From a virus (Duplodnaviria > Caudoviricetes), in IMG/VR virus record IMGVR_UViG_3300037408_000578, positions 1 through 30,562 of that record: DNA of 30,562 nt; one strand, 5' to 3'. The number at the start of each line of letters is the position of its first letter. Position 1 is the stretch's first letter. Positions 18,221-27,075 of this stretch are shown one piece after another. Under the pieces are notes generated by a model, which had not been told where the DNA came from, made no database searches, and saw only the letters and a list, made by a program, of their open reading frames with translations. The translations under genes and the position numbers were made by a program.

Positions 18221-18640
18221 TTAAGCAAATTTCTCATATTTGGCTTTAAGTATCTTTAACATTTCAAAGCTAATACAAGGAATATACTCACTATCATTTG
18301 TATAATAATCAATTTTTTTAGTTCCTATTTGTATTCTTGTACCATAAGCACCGCCTGAGTATACTTTAACGTCATAAAAATAATTGTATCCACCTTCTAC
18401 TCCTTTTAGAGTAAGCATAACAGTATCAGGTCCAATATCTTTAATTCCCTCGCTAAATATTTTTGTTGTTATTAATTTTGTTTTAATTATAGTAAAATCC
18501 AACTCAGGACAAAAAGTTTGTACAAAGTCTCCAAAATCATCAGTTTTTTCTATTTGAAAATTAAAATCCTGTAGTTCTAATCTAATCAATATATCACTTA
18601 CAAGTTTAAAATTTACCATAATATTATCCCTCTCCTTCAA
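18221..18640 (-). CDS. hypothetical protein
   Basis: 139-aa ORF; likely start is the ATG at 18619 after AAGGAGAGG. Confidence 0.7.
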   Translation of the reverse strand: MKERDNIMVNFKLVSDILIRLELQDFNFQIEKTDDFGDFVQTFCPELDFTIIKTKLITTKIFSEGIKDIGPDTVMLTLKGVEGGYNYFYDVKVYSGGAYGTRIQIGTKKIDYYTNDSEYIPCISFEMLKILKAKYEKFA

Positions 18641-18648
18641 AATTGTAA

Positions 18649-18677
18649 GGAAAGCACCCTATAATAAGGTACTTTCC
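18649..18677 (-). terminator. hairpin after AAA+ gene
   Basis: GGAAAGTACCTTA-TTA-TAGGGTGCTTTCC stem with G-U pairs; weak U-tract. Confidence 0.55.
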
Positions 18678-18685
18678 ACCACTTT

Positions 18686-21600
18686 TTATATTAATTTAGC
18701 TTTCTTAGTTGTTTTAGGGCTATTATTTTTACCTGCTTGATATTGAGCTATTTGAGCATCATTGATAGATTTTGGGTAAATGCTCAATACATCCTTAATA
18801 AAAGATGCTCCCAAGGCTTCAGCTTTAACCATGAATGGGTCTTGTTTAGCAGATAGAGATTTAAGTAATAACATGGTATTAGATGTAGTAGGCATACCTG
18901 ATATAATACCTGATAGAAAAGCAGCATAATGTTCAGGTGTTAGGGTTCCTTTGTTTATCCAATAATCTGAGAATTGGTCTATCAAATTAATTGACTCTGT
19001 TATTTTCAGATCAGGAGTTAATTTAGCCATATCAGCTACTTTTCTTTTAAAGAAATCTGGATAAAGATTTAAATCATCTAACATTTCTATTAGAATCTCA
19101 ACATCATTAGCTGTTCCAAATCTCTCATTAAAATAAGGTGTAAAGTCTTTAGCAAATTGAGGTCCACCATAAGACTCAAAGATATCTTTTCTTAGATTGG
19201 TAATTTTATCATCTAGAGTAGATATAGCTTCAAAGACACCTGAGATAAGTTGTAACTGTTCTTTTACAGCATTTTTATCGTTACCTCCCATAGATTTTAA
19301 AAGCTTATCCTCTAGGTTAGATAGGTAATTTATAGTATCTTCAGCTGTAAACTCTTTATTACGAAAAGTAATAGTCTTTCCAGAAAGAACAGCATCCCAA
19401 CGAGTACTATTTTTCTTAATATATGCTATAACCCCACGAGCTTTATCTACAGATACATTAACATCTGGATTACTCATAGAGTCATAAAAGCTAAAAAGGT
19501 CATTTTTAGAGATTGTATCAAATAAGGTAGTACCATTAAATACAGAGGCTTTAAACTCACCATTAGCAGATTTATTTCCCCTCATATTTTTGATATCCTT
19601 ACTTAACTGGAACATCATACGAGAAGATGGTGTAGCATTATCAATAGTTCTAGCTTCAACACTTCGTAAATATGCTAGTAACTGAGTTTCAGGCATTTCT
19701 TTTAGAAAATTATAAAGTATTCCATCTATTTCAGGAGGTTTAGAATCAAGTTTATCCTTCAAAAACTCCAAGAAAGATTTAGTATCTTTTAAGTCATATC
19801 CTTTTTTCCAATAAGTACAGAATCTAGCTGTTAGGGCGGCATCTATCTGCTTAGCTCCAGTATAATCCTCTCCAAGATTACAAGCGGCAACAATTTTAAC
19901 ATGTTCCTTATAATCACTGAAGTCTATACCGAAAATTCTATGATCACTTATACATTCGAACATAGCAGACATTATAGAAGGGTTAGTTACACGATTACAC
20001 TCATCAAAGAATAAAATTACGTCTTTTTTATCTTTAATAGCATTAACAAATCTGTCCTTAATAGTTGCATCAGGGGTTCTTATTGTTAGGGTATCTACTA
20101 ATCCTGTACCAGAGTTAGTTACAACATCATCTAAAAGAGAACCTAAATCATCATTAAACAGATCAAAAGTGTCATCCTCAGAAGTAGCACTACTAATATA
20201 ACTTGTAATCTTCTTTTTTGTAGGCATACCCATAACATCTACATTATCCATAGAAGAAAGATTTATATGTATAATCTCTGTATCTATACCAGTCTTATCT
20301 TTATGAGATTTAGCATAATTATTAACTCTTGAAGTTTTTCCTAACGAACTCGGACCAATCAAAAGAGCAGGTAACCCAGCTTCAAGATTATCAGATAAGA
20401 ATTTTCCAACATCATCTACATCATCAGTTTCGACTTCCTCAGAGTATCCTTTTTTAATTAGGAATTTTATAAGTTTTGCATTTGCTTCACTACCAATTAA
20501 TCCATCCATAATTCTCATATTAAATTTCTTTGTACTATCAATAGAGTATAAATAATTGGAAACAAGTTCCCATGTTCTATAATTAGGGAAGGGTGTGGCA
20601 GAAGCTTCTAGTATAGGGTCTATTTGTGCTTTCTTATATACATTAAGAATATAACCCTCATTATAAATCTCAGTATTATTAGCTCTAAGATAGTCCATTA
20701 AAACAGGTATCATATTTGGTATAGTTTTATCTTTTTTATTTTTATTTGCCCACTCTACCCATCGAGGCTGTACAGCAGCAGGGTATACAGCTAGACGTAA
20801 GAATCTATTAGCATAAGCAGTATCTATATCATCACTTACGTCATAAATATCATTTATTATGGGCTCATTGAAATTAAAATTTGTAGCGGCAACAAATTTA
20901 CAGTTATTCATTGTCATATTATTAAATCTTTTTTGGTTTAGTAGAGATGTTAGAACACCTTCAACACCTTTATTCTTATTTCTAGTAATCTCATCAAAGA
21001 AGAGTACAGGAGTTCTAACATAATTATTATAATCAGCCATTAATTGTGTTAGGGTATCCATCTGAGATTTTTGTAAAGGTACTTTTTCTTCTAGTACTGT
21101 ATTTCCAGGAGAATCTCTCTTAACAACAATTTCCCCACTCTTTAAAGTTTTTTCTATTAGAACTAAGGCTTTTTTACAGTAGGCTCTAAATCCATCAGAA
21201 CATACGACAAGTTCTTCCATAGGGCAAGCGTGTGAGTAATCACCAACGATATTGTACACACCGGAGTAGTCTAACTTAGAGGTAAATGCCACACGAAAGT
21301 CAACATACCTAAAATTATATTTATCACATAGAGTTTTAACAGTAGCTGATTTAAAAACCCCAGTAGGTCCTATCAATAAAGGTACTACTTCCCGAGCAGT
21401 ACCACCACTCATAGGTACTCCCATCATATCCTGTCCTTCTGGAAGTTGAAAATAAGCGTTCATCCATTCATAAATAAAATCTATTGTATCGACTTTAGTT
21501 CCTAAAGTCTTATCCTGTAAAAATCCTTGAGTAATCTCATCAAAATCAGCTTGAGTTGCGGCTTCTTTAACATTTGTTTCTTCAAAAGCTCCATACAAAG

Positions 21601-22075
21601 AAACCCTCTCCCCTAACTGTATACTAAGAGATTCTATTAGGGATTGTGTATTGACAGGGACTCCGTTTGCGGCACTAATTACAAAAAGGTCTGTAAGGAT
21701 ATTTTCTTGTATGAGAAAACCCCCATTTTTAGGTATTCTAACTACTCCATTTTCTACTATCATTTGTTTAGCTATATCACCATACTCAACAACAGTAACA
21801 TCAGCACGAATACTTTGACCTGAGAATTTTTTCTTAATGTAATAAGATAAAGAGTCATTTTCCAAGAAAACTTTAACTCCTATAGGCTCAACATGTAAAA
21901 CCCTAAAAACTCTTTTAGAAATCATATCACTAAAAACAGCATCTCTTTCAAAAGCTTCGATAGGTTTATCTGATATTAAGGGACAAAACACATCATCCAC
22001 ATTTACAAGTACTTTTTTATTTTTCTCCATGTATCCCAATTCTTGAACAAAGGGTAAAAATCCTTCAAAATACAT
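18686..22075 (-). CDS. tandem double AAA+ ATPase, MoxR/dynein-related (AAA_5) type
   Basis: Two complete motif sets: GPTGVFKS / VLFFDE / AATN / AYANRF / PNYRTWE and GPSSLGKT / ILFFDE / AACN / ALTARF / PSSR; GGAGGT RBS. Confidence 0.88.
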   Translation of the reverse strand: MYFEGFLPFVQELGYMEKNKKVLVNVDDVFCPLISDKPIEAFERDAVFSDMISKRVFRVLHVEPIGVKVFLENDSLSYYIKKKFSGQSIRADVTVVEYGDIAKQMIVENGVVRIPKNGGFLIQENILTDLFVISAANGVPVNTQSLIESLSIQLGERVSLYGAFEETNVKEAATQADFDEITQGFLQDKTLGTKVDTIDFIYEWMNAYFQLPEGQDMMGVPMSGGTAREVVPLLIGPTGVFKSATVKTLCDKYNFRYVDFRVAFTSKLDYSGVYNIVGDYSHACPMEELVVCSDGFRAYCKKALVLIEKTLKSGEIVVKRDSPGNTVLEEKVPLQKSQMDTLTQLMADYNNYVRTPVLFFDEITRNKNKGVEGVLTSLLNQKRFNNMTMNNCKFVAATNFNFNEPIINDIYDVSDDIDTAYANRFLRLAVYPAAVQPRWVEWANKNKKDKTIPNMIPVLMDYLRANNTEIYNEGYILNVYKKAQIDPILEASATPFPNYRTWELVSNYLYSIDSTKKFNMRIMDGLIGSEANAKLIKFLIKKGYSEEVETDDVDDVGKFLSDNLEAGLPALLIGPSSLGKTSRVNNYAKSHKDKTGIDTEIIHINLSSMDNVDVMGMPTKKKITSYISSATSEDDTFDLFNDDLGSLLDDVVTNSGTGLVDTLTIRTPDATIKDRFVNAIKDKKDVILFFDECNRVTNPSIMSAMFECISDHRIFGIDFSDYKEHVKIVAACNLGEDYTGAKQIDAALTARFCTYWKKGYDLKDTKSFLEFLKDKLDSKPPEIDGILYNFLKEMPETQLLAYLRSVEARTIDNATPSSRMMFQLSKDIKNMRGNKSANGEFKASVFNGTTLFDTISKNDLFSFYDSMSNPDVNVSVDKARGVIAYIKKNSTRWDAVLSGKTITFRNKEFTAEDTINYLSNLEDKLLKSMGGNDKNAVKEQLQLISGVFEAISTLDDKITNLRKDIFESYGGPQFAKDFTPYFNERFGTANDVEILIEMLDDLNLYPDFFKRKVADMAKLTPDLKITESINLIDQFSDYWINKGTLTPEHYAAFLSGIISGMPTTSNTMLLLKSLSAKQDPFMVKAEALGASFIKDVLSIYPKSINDAQIAQYQAGKNNSPKTTKKAKLI

Positions 22076-22099
22076 TCCTCATACCTCCCTCTAATTTTC

Positions 22100-22687
22100 T
22101 TATGAACCAAGTATAATCAAAATTCTATTTAGAGCTGTCATATAGTATAGATCTTCTACATCAGTAATGGTAGTTTTAAGCCAATCATCAATAGTTTTAG
22201 CTCTAAGGTCTTCTAGCAGAATAAAATATCTTAATATTGAGTTATCTATTCCTATATCTTTTAAAGTATATTGAATATTTTTAGGGTCTGTTACATTGTA
22301 GGTAGAAACAGCTCCTAAATAGGTTTCTACTAATTTCACAGTTAATACAAAATAAAGAAAGTATACTCCCACAAGAATTCTTAGATTAGTTTCTTTTTTA
22401 CTAAAATCACCTATTCTGTTTTCTAATTCTTGTAGAAATGCCACATAAACTCGTAAATCTCTACCTCTTAGAAGAAATTTGTATTTAGGGTTAATTATAT
22501 TTTCCAACACGATATCATCTACACTAAATGTAGTTTTATAAAGGTCTAAATTCTTATCAAACTGATCTGATACATACTTTATAAAGTTCACCATATTTGT
22601 TTTAATTTTCCCTTGCTCTATTCCAGATGTTAGAAGCTTTTTAAAAACTAAGGTAGATTTTTCTTTAAAAAAATAAAAGTCCTGCAT
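22100..22687 (-). CDS. hypothetical protein
   Basis: 195-aa ORF, AAGGAAGGTG RBS. Confidence 0.8.
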   Translation of the reverse strand: MQDFYFFKEKSTLVFKKLLTSGIEQGKIKTNMVNFIKYVSDQFDKNLDLYKTTFSVDDIVLENIINPKYKFLLRGRDLRVYVAFLQELENRIGDFSKKETNLRILVGVYFLYFVLTVKLVETYLGAVSTYNVTDPKNIQYTLKDIGIDNSILRYFILLEDLRAKTIDDWLKTTITDVEDLYYMTALNRILIILGS

Positions 22688-22714
22688 TAAACACTCACCT
22701 TCCTTTTAATATAA

Positions 22715-24019
22715 TCATACAAAGTGTTTTATTACTCTCTCTAGTAGTACTTGAACTAATTTACCACTATTTACTAATTCCCTAGAAGAAAAGGGGACTA
22801 AAGCCCCCTGTTCAGGAGAAACATCTCTACTATATACAGCACCCTTATCAACTAATTTTAGCATTTTAAATTTATAAGCACGTATATCATCTTTAGCTTT
22901 CGGTCCGAGATTAGACATTTCAGTAGTTATATCAAGTTTATTTACTAGGGAATTAAATAAAACATCACTATTAATATCTGTAATCATATCAACTCCAAAA
23001 AGCATATCTTGCTCTTTTCCAATACATCTTAATATATCCATAAGATTGTACAAATCTATTTTTTTATCTGACATATTATCTAAAGTTTCTCCTCCAAAAG
23101 CAGTAACATAAGCACCACTAGAAAGTATGGCTAGATCTCGTGAATCCCTAGGTGGATTTTCTAGTACTTCTTTTCTTCTATTAATACCAAATCCTATAGA
23201 ACTAACTTCTCTAGCAAACTCAGGGTCTACTCCCCTATCTTTTATATTCTTAAGATATGCAGACTGATACCCAGGTTCATACTTTAAAGCTTTGAATTGT
23301 AGGGTAGCATCATAATCTTTGTAAGATTTTATAGATTTTTCGATATTTTCTTCAGCTATAAAATTACCAAAAAGTTCTTTACCAAAAGCATCTATAATAC
23401 TAAGAAATCTTTTAATAAGAAAAGTAAGAGATAACCACAAATCCTCAGAATCCATAGAATAAAAAGTCTTATATTTAGGGTCTGTTTTTGTAGAAGATGT
23501 ATTAATGGTTGAATCATCTACATAGTTTAATATTACAGATTTATATTTATAAGTATTTATACCTATGACTCCTTCTAACTTTTCTTTACAGAAGGTAAAA
23601 ATATCAAACTTATCTCTTTCAAGTTTAAAAGACTCAATTATAAACTTGACATCATCCTTTTCTAAAATATTCTCATTCATTGAAAATATAGCTATATTAA
23701 AAAGATCTACCATATCTATAACAGGTATATAGAAAGAATTATTAGCTATATATCCCAATGAAGCATAAAGACTTTCAGTATTTACCATTAATCCACCAAA
23801 GTTAATGAAATTACCATTATCAGAACACTCTAGATATTGTACTAAAGCTGTATGTGCTACAGAATTAAAATCCTTAATAGCAATAAGCTGAGAGAGTCCA
23901 TTATCTGAGAATACAGTGGAGAATGTTTTTAGGGTTTTCTCAGTAGTACTTTTTAAATGTGTTCCTTTAAATATAAATTCTCTGTCCGTAAGAGACATGA
24001 ATATTTCCTCCTTCCTCAA
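22715..24019 (-). CDS. hypothetical protein (probable paralog of the upstream gene)
   Basis: 434-aa ORF; likely start is the ATG at 23998 after AAGGAGGA. Confidence 0.8.
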   Translation of the reverse strand: MRKEEIFMSLTDREFIFKGTHLKSTTEKTLKTFSTVFSDNGLSQLIAIKDFNSVAHTALVQYLECSDNGNFINFGGLMVNTESLYASLGYIANNSFYIPVIDMVDLFNIAIFSMNENILEKDDVKFIIESFKLERDKFDIFTFCKEKLEGVIGINTYKYKSVILNYVDDSTINTSSTKTDPKYKTFYSMDSEDLWLSLTFLIKRFLSIIDAFGKELFGNFIAEENIEKSIKSYKDYDATLQFKALKYEPGYQSAYLKNIKDRGVDPEFAREVSSIGFGINRRKEVLENPPRDSRDLAILSSGAYVTAFGGETLDNMSDKKIDLYNLMDILRCIGKEQDMLFGVDMITDINSDVLFNSLVNKLDITTEMSNLGPKAKDDIRAYKFKMLKLVDKGAVYSRDVSPEQGALVPFSSRELVNSGKLVQVLLERVIKHFV

Positions 24020-24040
24020 AGACTTTTCAAAAAAGATAGT

Positions 24041-25549
24041 TTAAAACTTCTTTATTAACAATTTAAGCATTCTATCTACTAATACACAGACATTCATAAG
24101 GTTAGTTGTATTAAAACTTACCCTTGAAACCTCTATATCTGTATCAGTATCAGCATCAATAGATTTTGTTATCCCAAGAATATCTATAGAATCTTGTTTA
24201 ATAGGTAGAACCTTCTCTATAATGCTATCATCAATATCAAAATTAGCATTATCTCCTATAGTAGTTCCCTTCCAAAAAGTATTAAATTTCTTTTTATATC
24301 CAGATATTACATTCTTAAGATAGGTATCTCTCTCATCGGTATTATCCATATCATACATTTTGGGTGCAAGTTCTAACTCTGTATCAACATATTTAAGAGT
24401 ATCAAGTACACTGTAAGCTAAGCAATCCTCTCTTGAGAATTGTGTTATATCAACCTTGTTAGGCACATCAAACATAGATGTCATATAAACTTCCATAGGG
24501 TATGTGAAAGTAGCTACGTTCTTTTTAAATAGTTGAGCACTATTTGTTAGAAAGTCATATGCAACAGAACATTGTGTATCTCTTCCTGTAATACTATTGT
24601 CCTTAGCAAACCCTTCAAAGCATCCAATATCCCCATACTCACCAGTAGCAATTCCATCTTTAATTTGTTTTATAACAAACTCTCTCCCATACTTTTTTTT
24701 CATTAGGGAGAGGAAGATATCTAGAGTAGAGAGAAGTTTAGAAACATTTTTATATTTCTCAATAACAAGGCTAAAGATATCTAGTATTCCCAGGTAGAGA
24801 AGTTTTTTTATATAATTTGTATCTAAAGTAAGAGTAGATTTAACAGTAGTATCCTCATTGACAAAATTTAATATTACAGAGGAGTATAAAGATTCTTTTA
24901 CCTCTACAATATCTTTGATAATACCATCTAAAAAATTAAGAGTTTTTGTACTATCCATAGAAGCTATATCACTTATATATTTTTCGACCCCAGCTGATGA
25001 ATATGAAGCATCCATACTAAACATATTCTCAAGCTTTAGACTTTCGATAGCCACTCTCAAATTATCTTGAGTAATGCCTTTTATAATGTTATCTACATGA
25101 TCTAAAGGTATGTCATCAACAATCTTATCTGTAACCACACTAGAAAGTCTAGCATAGAAGAGTTTGGGATTGTAGAGATTTTGTATAGAAACACAGCAAT
25201 TACTTCCTTTTATAACAACATCTAAATCTTCTGTGATAGACATTCCTAAAAAGGTAAATGTTCTTGGTGTTCCTTTAATAACATCTAATTCTAAGTCTAT
25301 TTCTGAATCTGTAACAGAGAAACCCCTATAACTATTAAAAACTGAGGTGTCCATAGAATTACACAAACTCATAAAATCCTCATACTCTTTTTTAAACTCA
25401 GAGTCTCCCTTATTAGGGGCAACCCTTTTCAACTTAAAAGGTATTCCTGTGTCTGGGAAGTTAGAACTTTTTATTTTTACACTAACTTTTTTAGATTCCA
25501 TAAAAATCTCCTTTCTTTTATCACATAATTGTATATATAAAAGCTTCAT
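24041..25549 (-). CDS. hypothetical protein (probable paralog of the downstream gene)
   Basis: 502-aa ORF; likely start is the ATG at 25501 after AAAGGAG. Confidence 0.8.
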   Translation of the reverse strand: MKLLYIQLCDKRKEIFMESKKVSVKIKSSNFPDTGIPFKLKRVAPNKGDSEFKKEYEDFMSLCNSMDTSVFNSYRGFSVTDSEIDLELDVIKGTPRTFTFLGMSITEDLDVVIKGSNCCVSIQNLYNPKLFYARLSSVVTDKIVDDIPLDHVDNIIKGITQDNLRVAIESLKLENMFSMDASYSSAGVEKYISDIASMDSTKTLNFLDGIIKDIVEVKESLYSSVILNFVNEDTTVKSTLTLDTNYIKKLLYLGILDIFSLVIEKYKNVSKLLSTLDIFLSLMKKKYGREFVIKQIKDGIATGEYGDIGCFEGFAKDNSITGRDTQCSVAYDFLTNSAQLFKKNVATFTYPMEVYMTSMFDVPNKVDITQFSREDCLAYSVLDTLKYVDTELELAPKMYDMDNTDERDTYLKNVISGYKKKFNTFWKGTTIGDNANFDIDDSIIEKVLPIKQDSIDILGITKSIDADTDTDIEVSRVSFNTTNLMNVCVLVDRMLKLLIKKF

Positions 25550-25554
25550 ATTCT

Positions 25555-26700
25555 TTATACAGACTTCTTTATCTTGTTAGGTATTTTACTCTCATCCTCA
25601 TCCTCACCATATCTCTTTTTCCAATAATATGAGTTTTGAACATCTCTAGCTACACTTGTCCAATTCCCTAAAAATACTCCCAATACAGCTAACATATGTT
25701 TACACACAGTTCCTTTTAATTTAGGGTTTCTTATTTTAGGAAACCTAATTTCTTTAAAAATACCATATCCCTGCATATACCCCATGTACTTAAAACCTGC
25801 ATATAAGTGATCGGGACAATTATGCAAAATAACTCCAGCATCCACATAAAAATTTTCCCATTTAGCTACTTTTATGTCGTATACAGGCTCTTCTTCCTCA
25901 AGTGTAATAACCTCTATTTTTAGAACTTTTAATATAACTGAGGGTAGATTAATATGGATAAAATTAGAATTAGTAAAATATAACGGCATTAAAGATTCCC
26001 CTACAACAAGTTCTCCAGCTTTTTTATACTCTCCATTTCTTAGCATGTAAGGGTGTTCCTCAGTGGTAAAAACTTCCTTTCCATTATCTAGTGTTACTTT
26101 TATATATTTTTTAGTGTTCCCTGTTATCCACACCTTCTCAACCTTTCCTGGTTTAAAATCTCCTTTAGAGTCGGTAGAATAAACCCATAAATCTTTTCCC
26201 TCTGAAAATTCCTTTTCCATATCTTTAACTGTAAGAGTTCTTCCATCTAATAACTTTATAAGAGTGTCACTTTTTAGGCATGAGCAAAATACTGAGAGAT
26301 TACCAGACATAATAAGCCTTATAATATCTCTTTTTGCAAATTCTTTTAAATATTTAGCATCTTTAGTATCTTCTAGTCTAATGTACTGATAATATTTTTT
26401 ACCTGGCGTGTATTGAGAGGTTGCATTGAATTGTATCCATCCTTTAGTTTTTAGGACACCTTTATAAGTGACAATAATATTAGGGGATTTAGCTCTTATT
26501 TTTCTTTTTGCTTCAGCATTTTTGATAAGGTCTTTTAGAAAGACCTCATCAACTTTTTCTAATTTTTGAATTTCTTGTTCTTCTTTTATAAGTTTATCCA
26601 GACCTTTTTGCATATTAAGAGCATCAAAAAGTGTTCTATATTTTTTATGCCATTCTTTATATAAAGTGTCCGTATTTATTGTGAATGAATTTTTTAGCAT
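25555..26700 (-). CDS. SWIM zinc-finger protein containing an intein
   Basis: Removing residues 141-294 restores VFCSCPDHLY...PKIRNP...GTVCKH, a CxC...CxH SWIM motif. Confidence 0.85.
   Translation of the reverse strand: MLKNSFTINTDTLYKEWHKKYRTLFDALNMQKGLDKLIKEEQEIQKLEKVDEVFLKDLIKNAEAKRKIRAKSPNIIVTYKGVLKTKGWIQFNATSQYTPGKKYYQYIRLEDTKDAKYLKEFAKRDIIRLIMSGNLSVFCSCLKSDTLIKLLDGRTLTVKDMEKEFSEGKDLWVYSTDSKGDFKPGKVEKVWITGNTKKYIKVTLDNGKEVFTTEEHPYMLRNGEYKKAGELVVGESLMPLYFTNSNFIHINLPSVILKVLKIEVITLEEEEPVYDIKVAKWENFYVDAGVILHNCPDHLYAGFKYMGYMQGYGIFKEIRFPKIRNPKLKGTVCKHMLAVLGVFLGNWTSVARDVQNSYYWKKRYGEDEDESKIPNKIKKSV
25819..26280 (-). mobile_element. mini-intein (154 aa, no endonuclease)
   Basis: Block A CLKSDTLI, block B FTTEEHPY, block F VYDIKV...NFY, block G ILHN followed by Cys+1. 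Confidence 0.92.
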
Positions 26701-27064
26701 CTTCTATCTTCCCTTCATCGTTAACTATTCTCTCTATCATACTTAAGAATAATTTAATAGGGTAGTCTTGTATATTTCTATTCCTTACTTTACTCTCTAT
26801 TATTAGATGTGTGACTATAGATGATAGAACTTTTAACATATCATTTCTACTAATATCTTTTTTTAATACATCTTTTATTCCCTCATATATCTTTTTACCT
26901 TTAATACTTTCTATAAACTCATAATCTAGAGAAGATTCAGAGGCTTGAACTTCTAAACCGTTCATAATGAGGTTATTTATCCGATTAACCTCACTAACAT
27001 CATTGTTTTTATAGGCACTATCTAATAACTCCATTAACTCATTAAATTTACTTTCTTCTATCAT
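26657..27064 (-). CDS. hypothetical protein downstream of portal, possible core protein
   Basis: 135-aa ORF, GAGGTG RBS; IEE-S, FIE-S, IIE-S sites. Confidence 0.75.
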   Translation of the reverse strand: MIEESKFNELMELLDSAYKNNDVSEVNRINNLIMNGLEVQASESSLDYEFIESIKGKKIYEGIKDVLKKDISRNDMLKVLSSIVTHLIIESKVRNRNIQDYPIKLFLSMIERIVNDEGKIEDAKKFIHNKYGHFI

Positions 27065-27075
27065 TAAAAATCACC

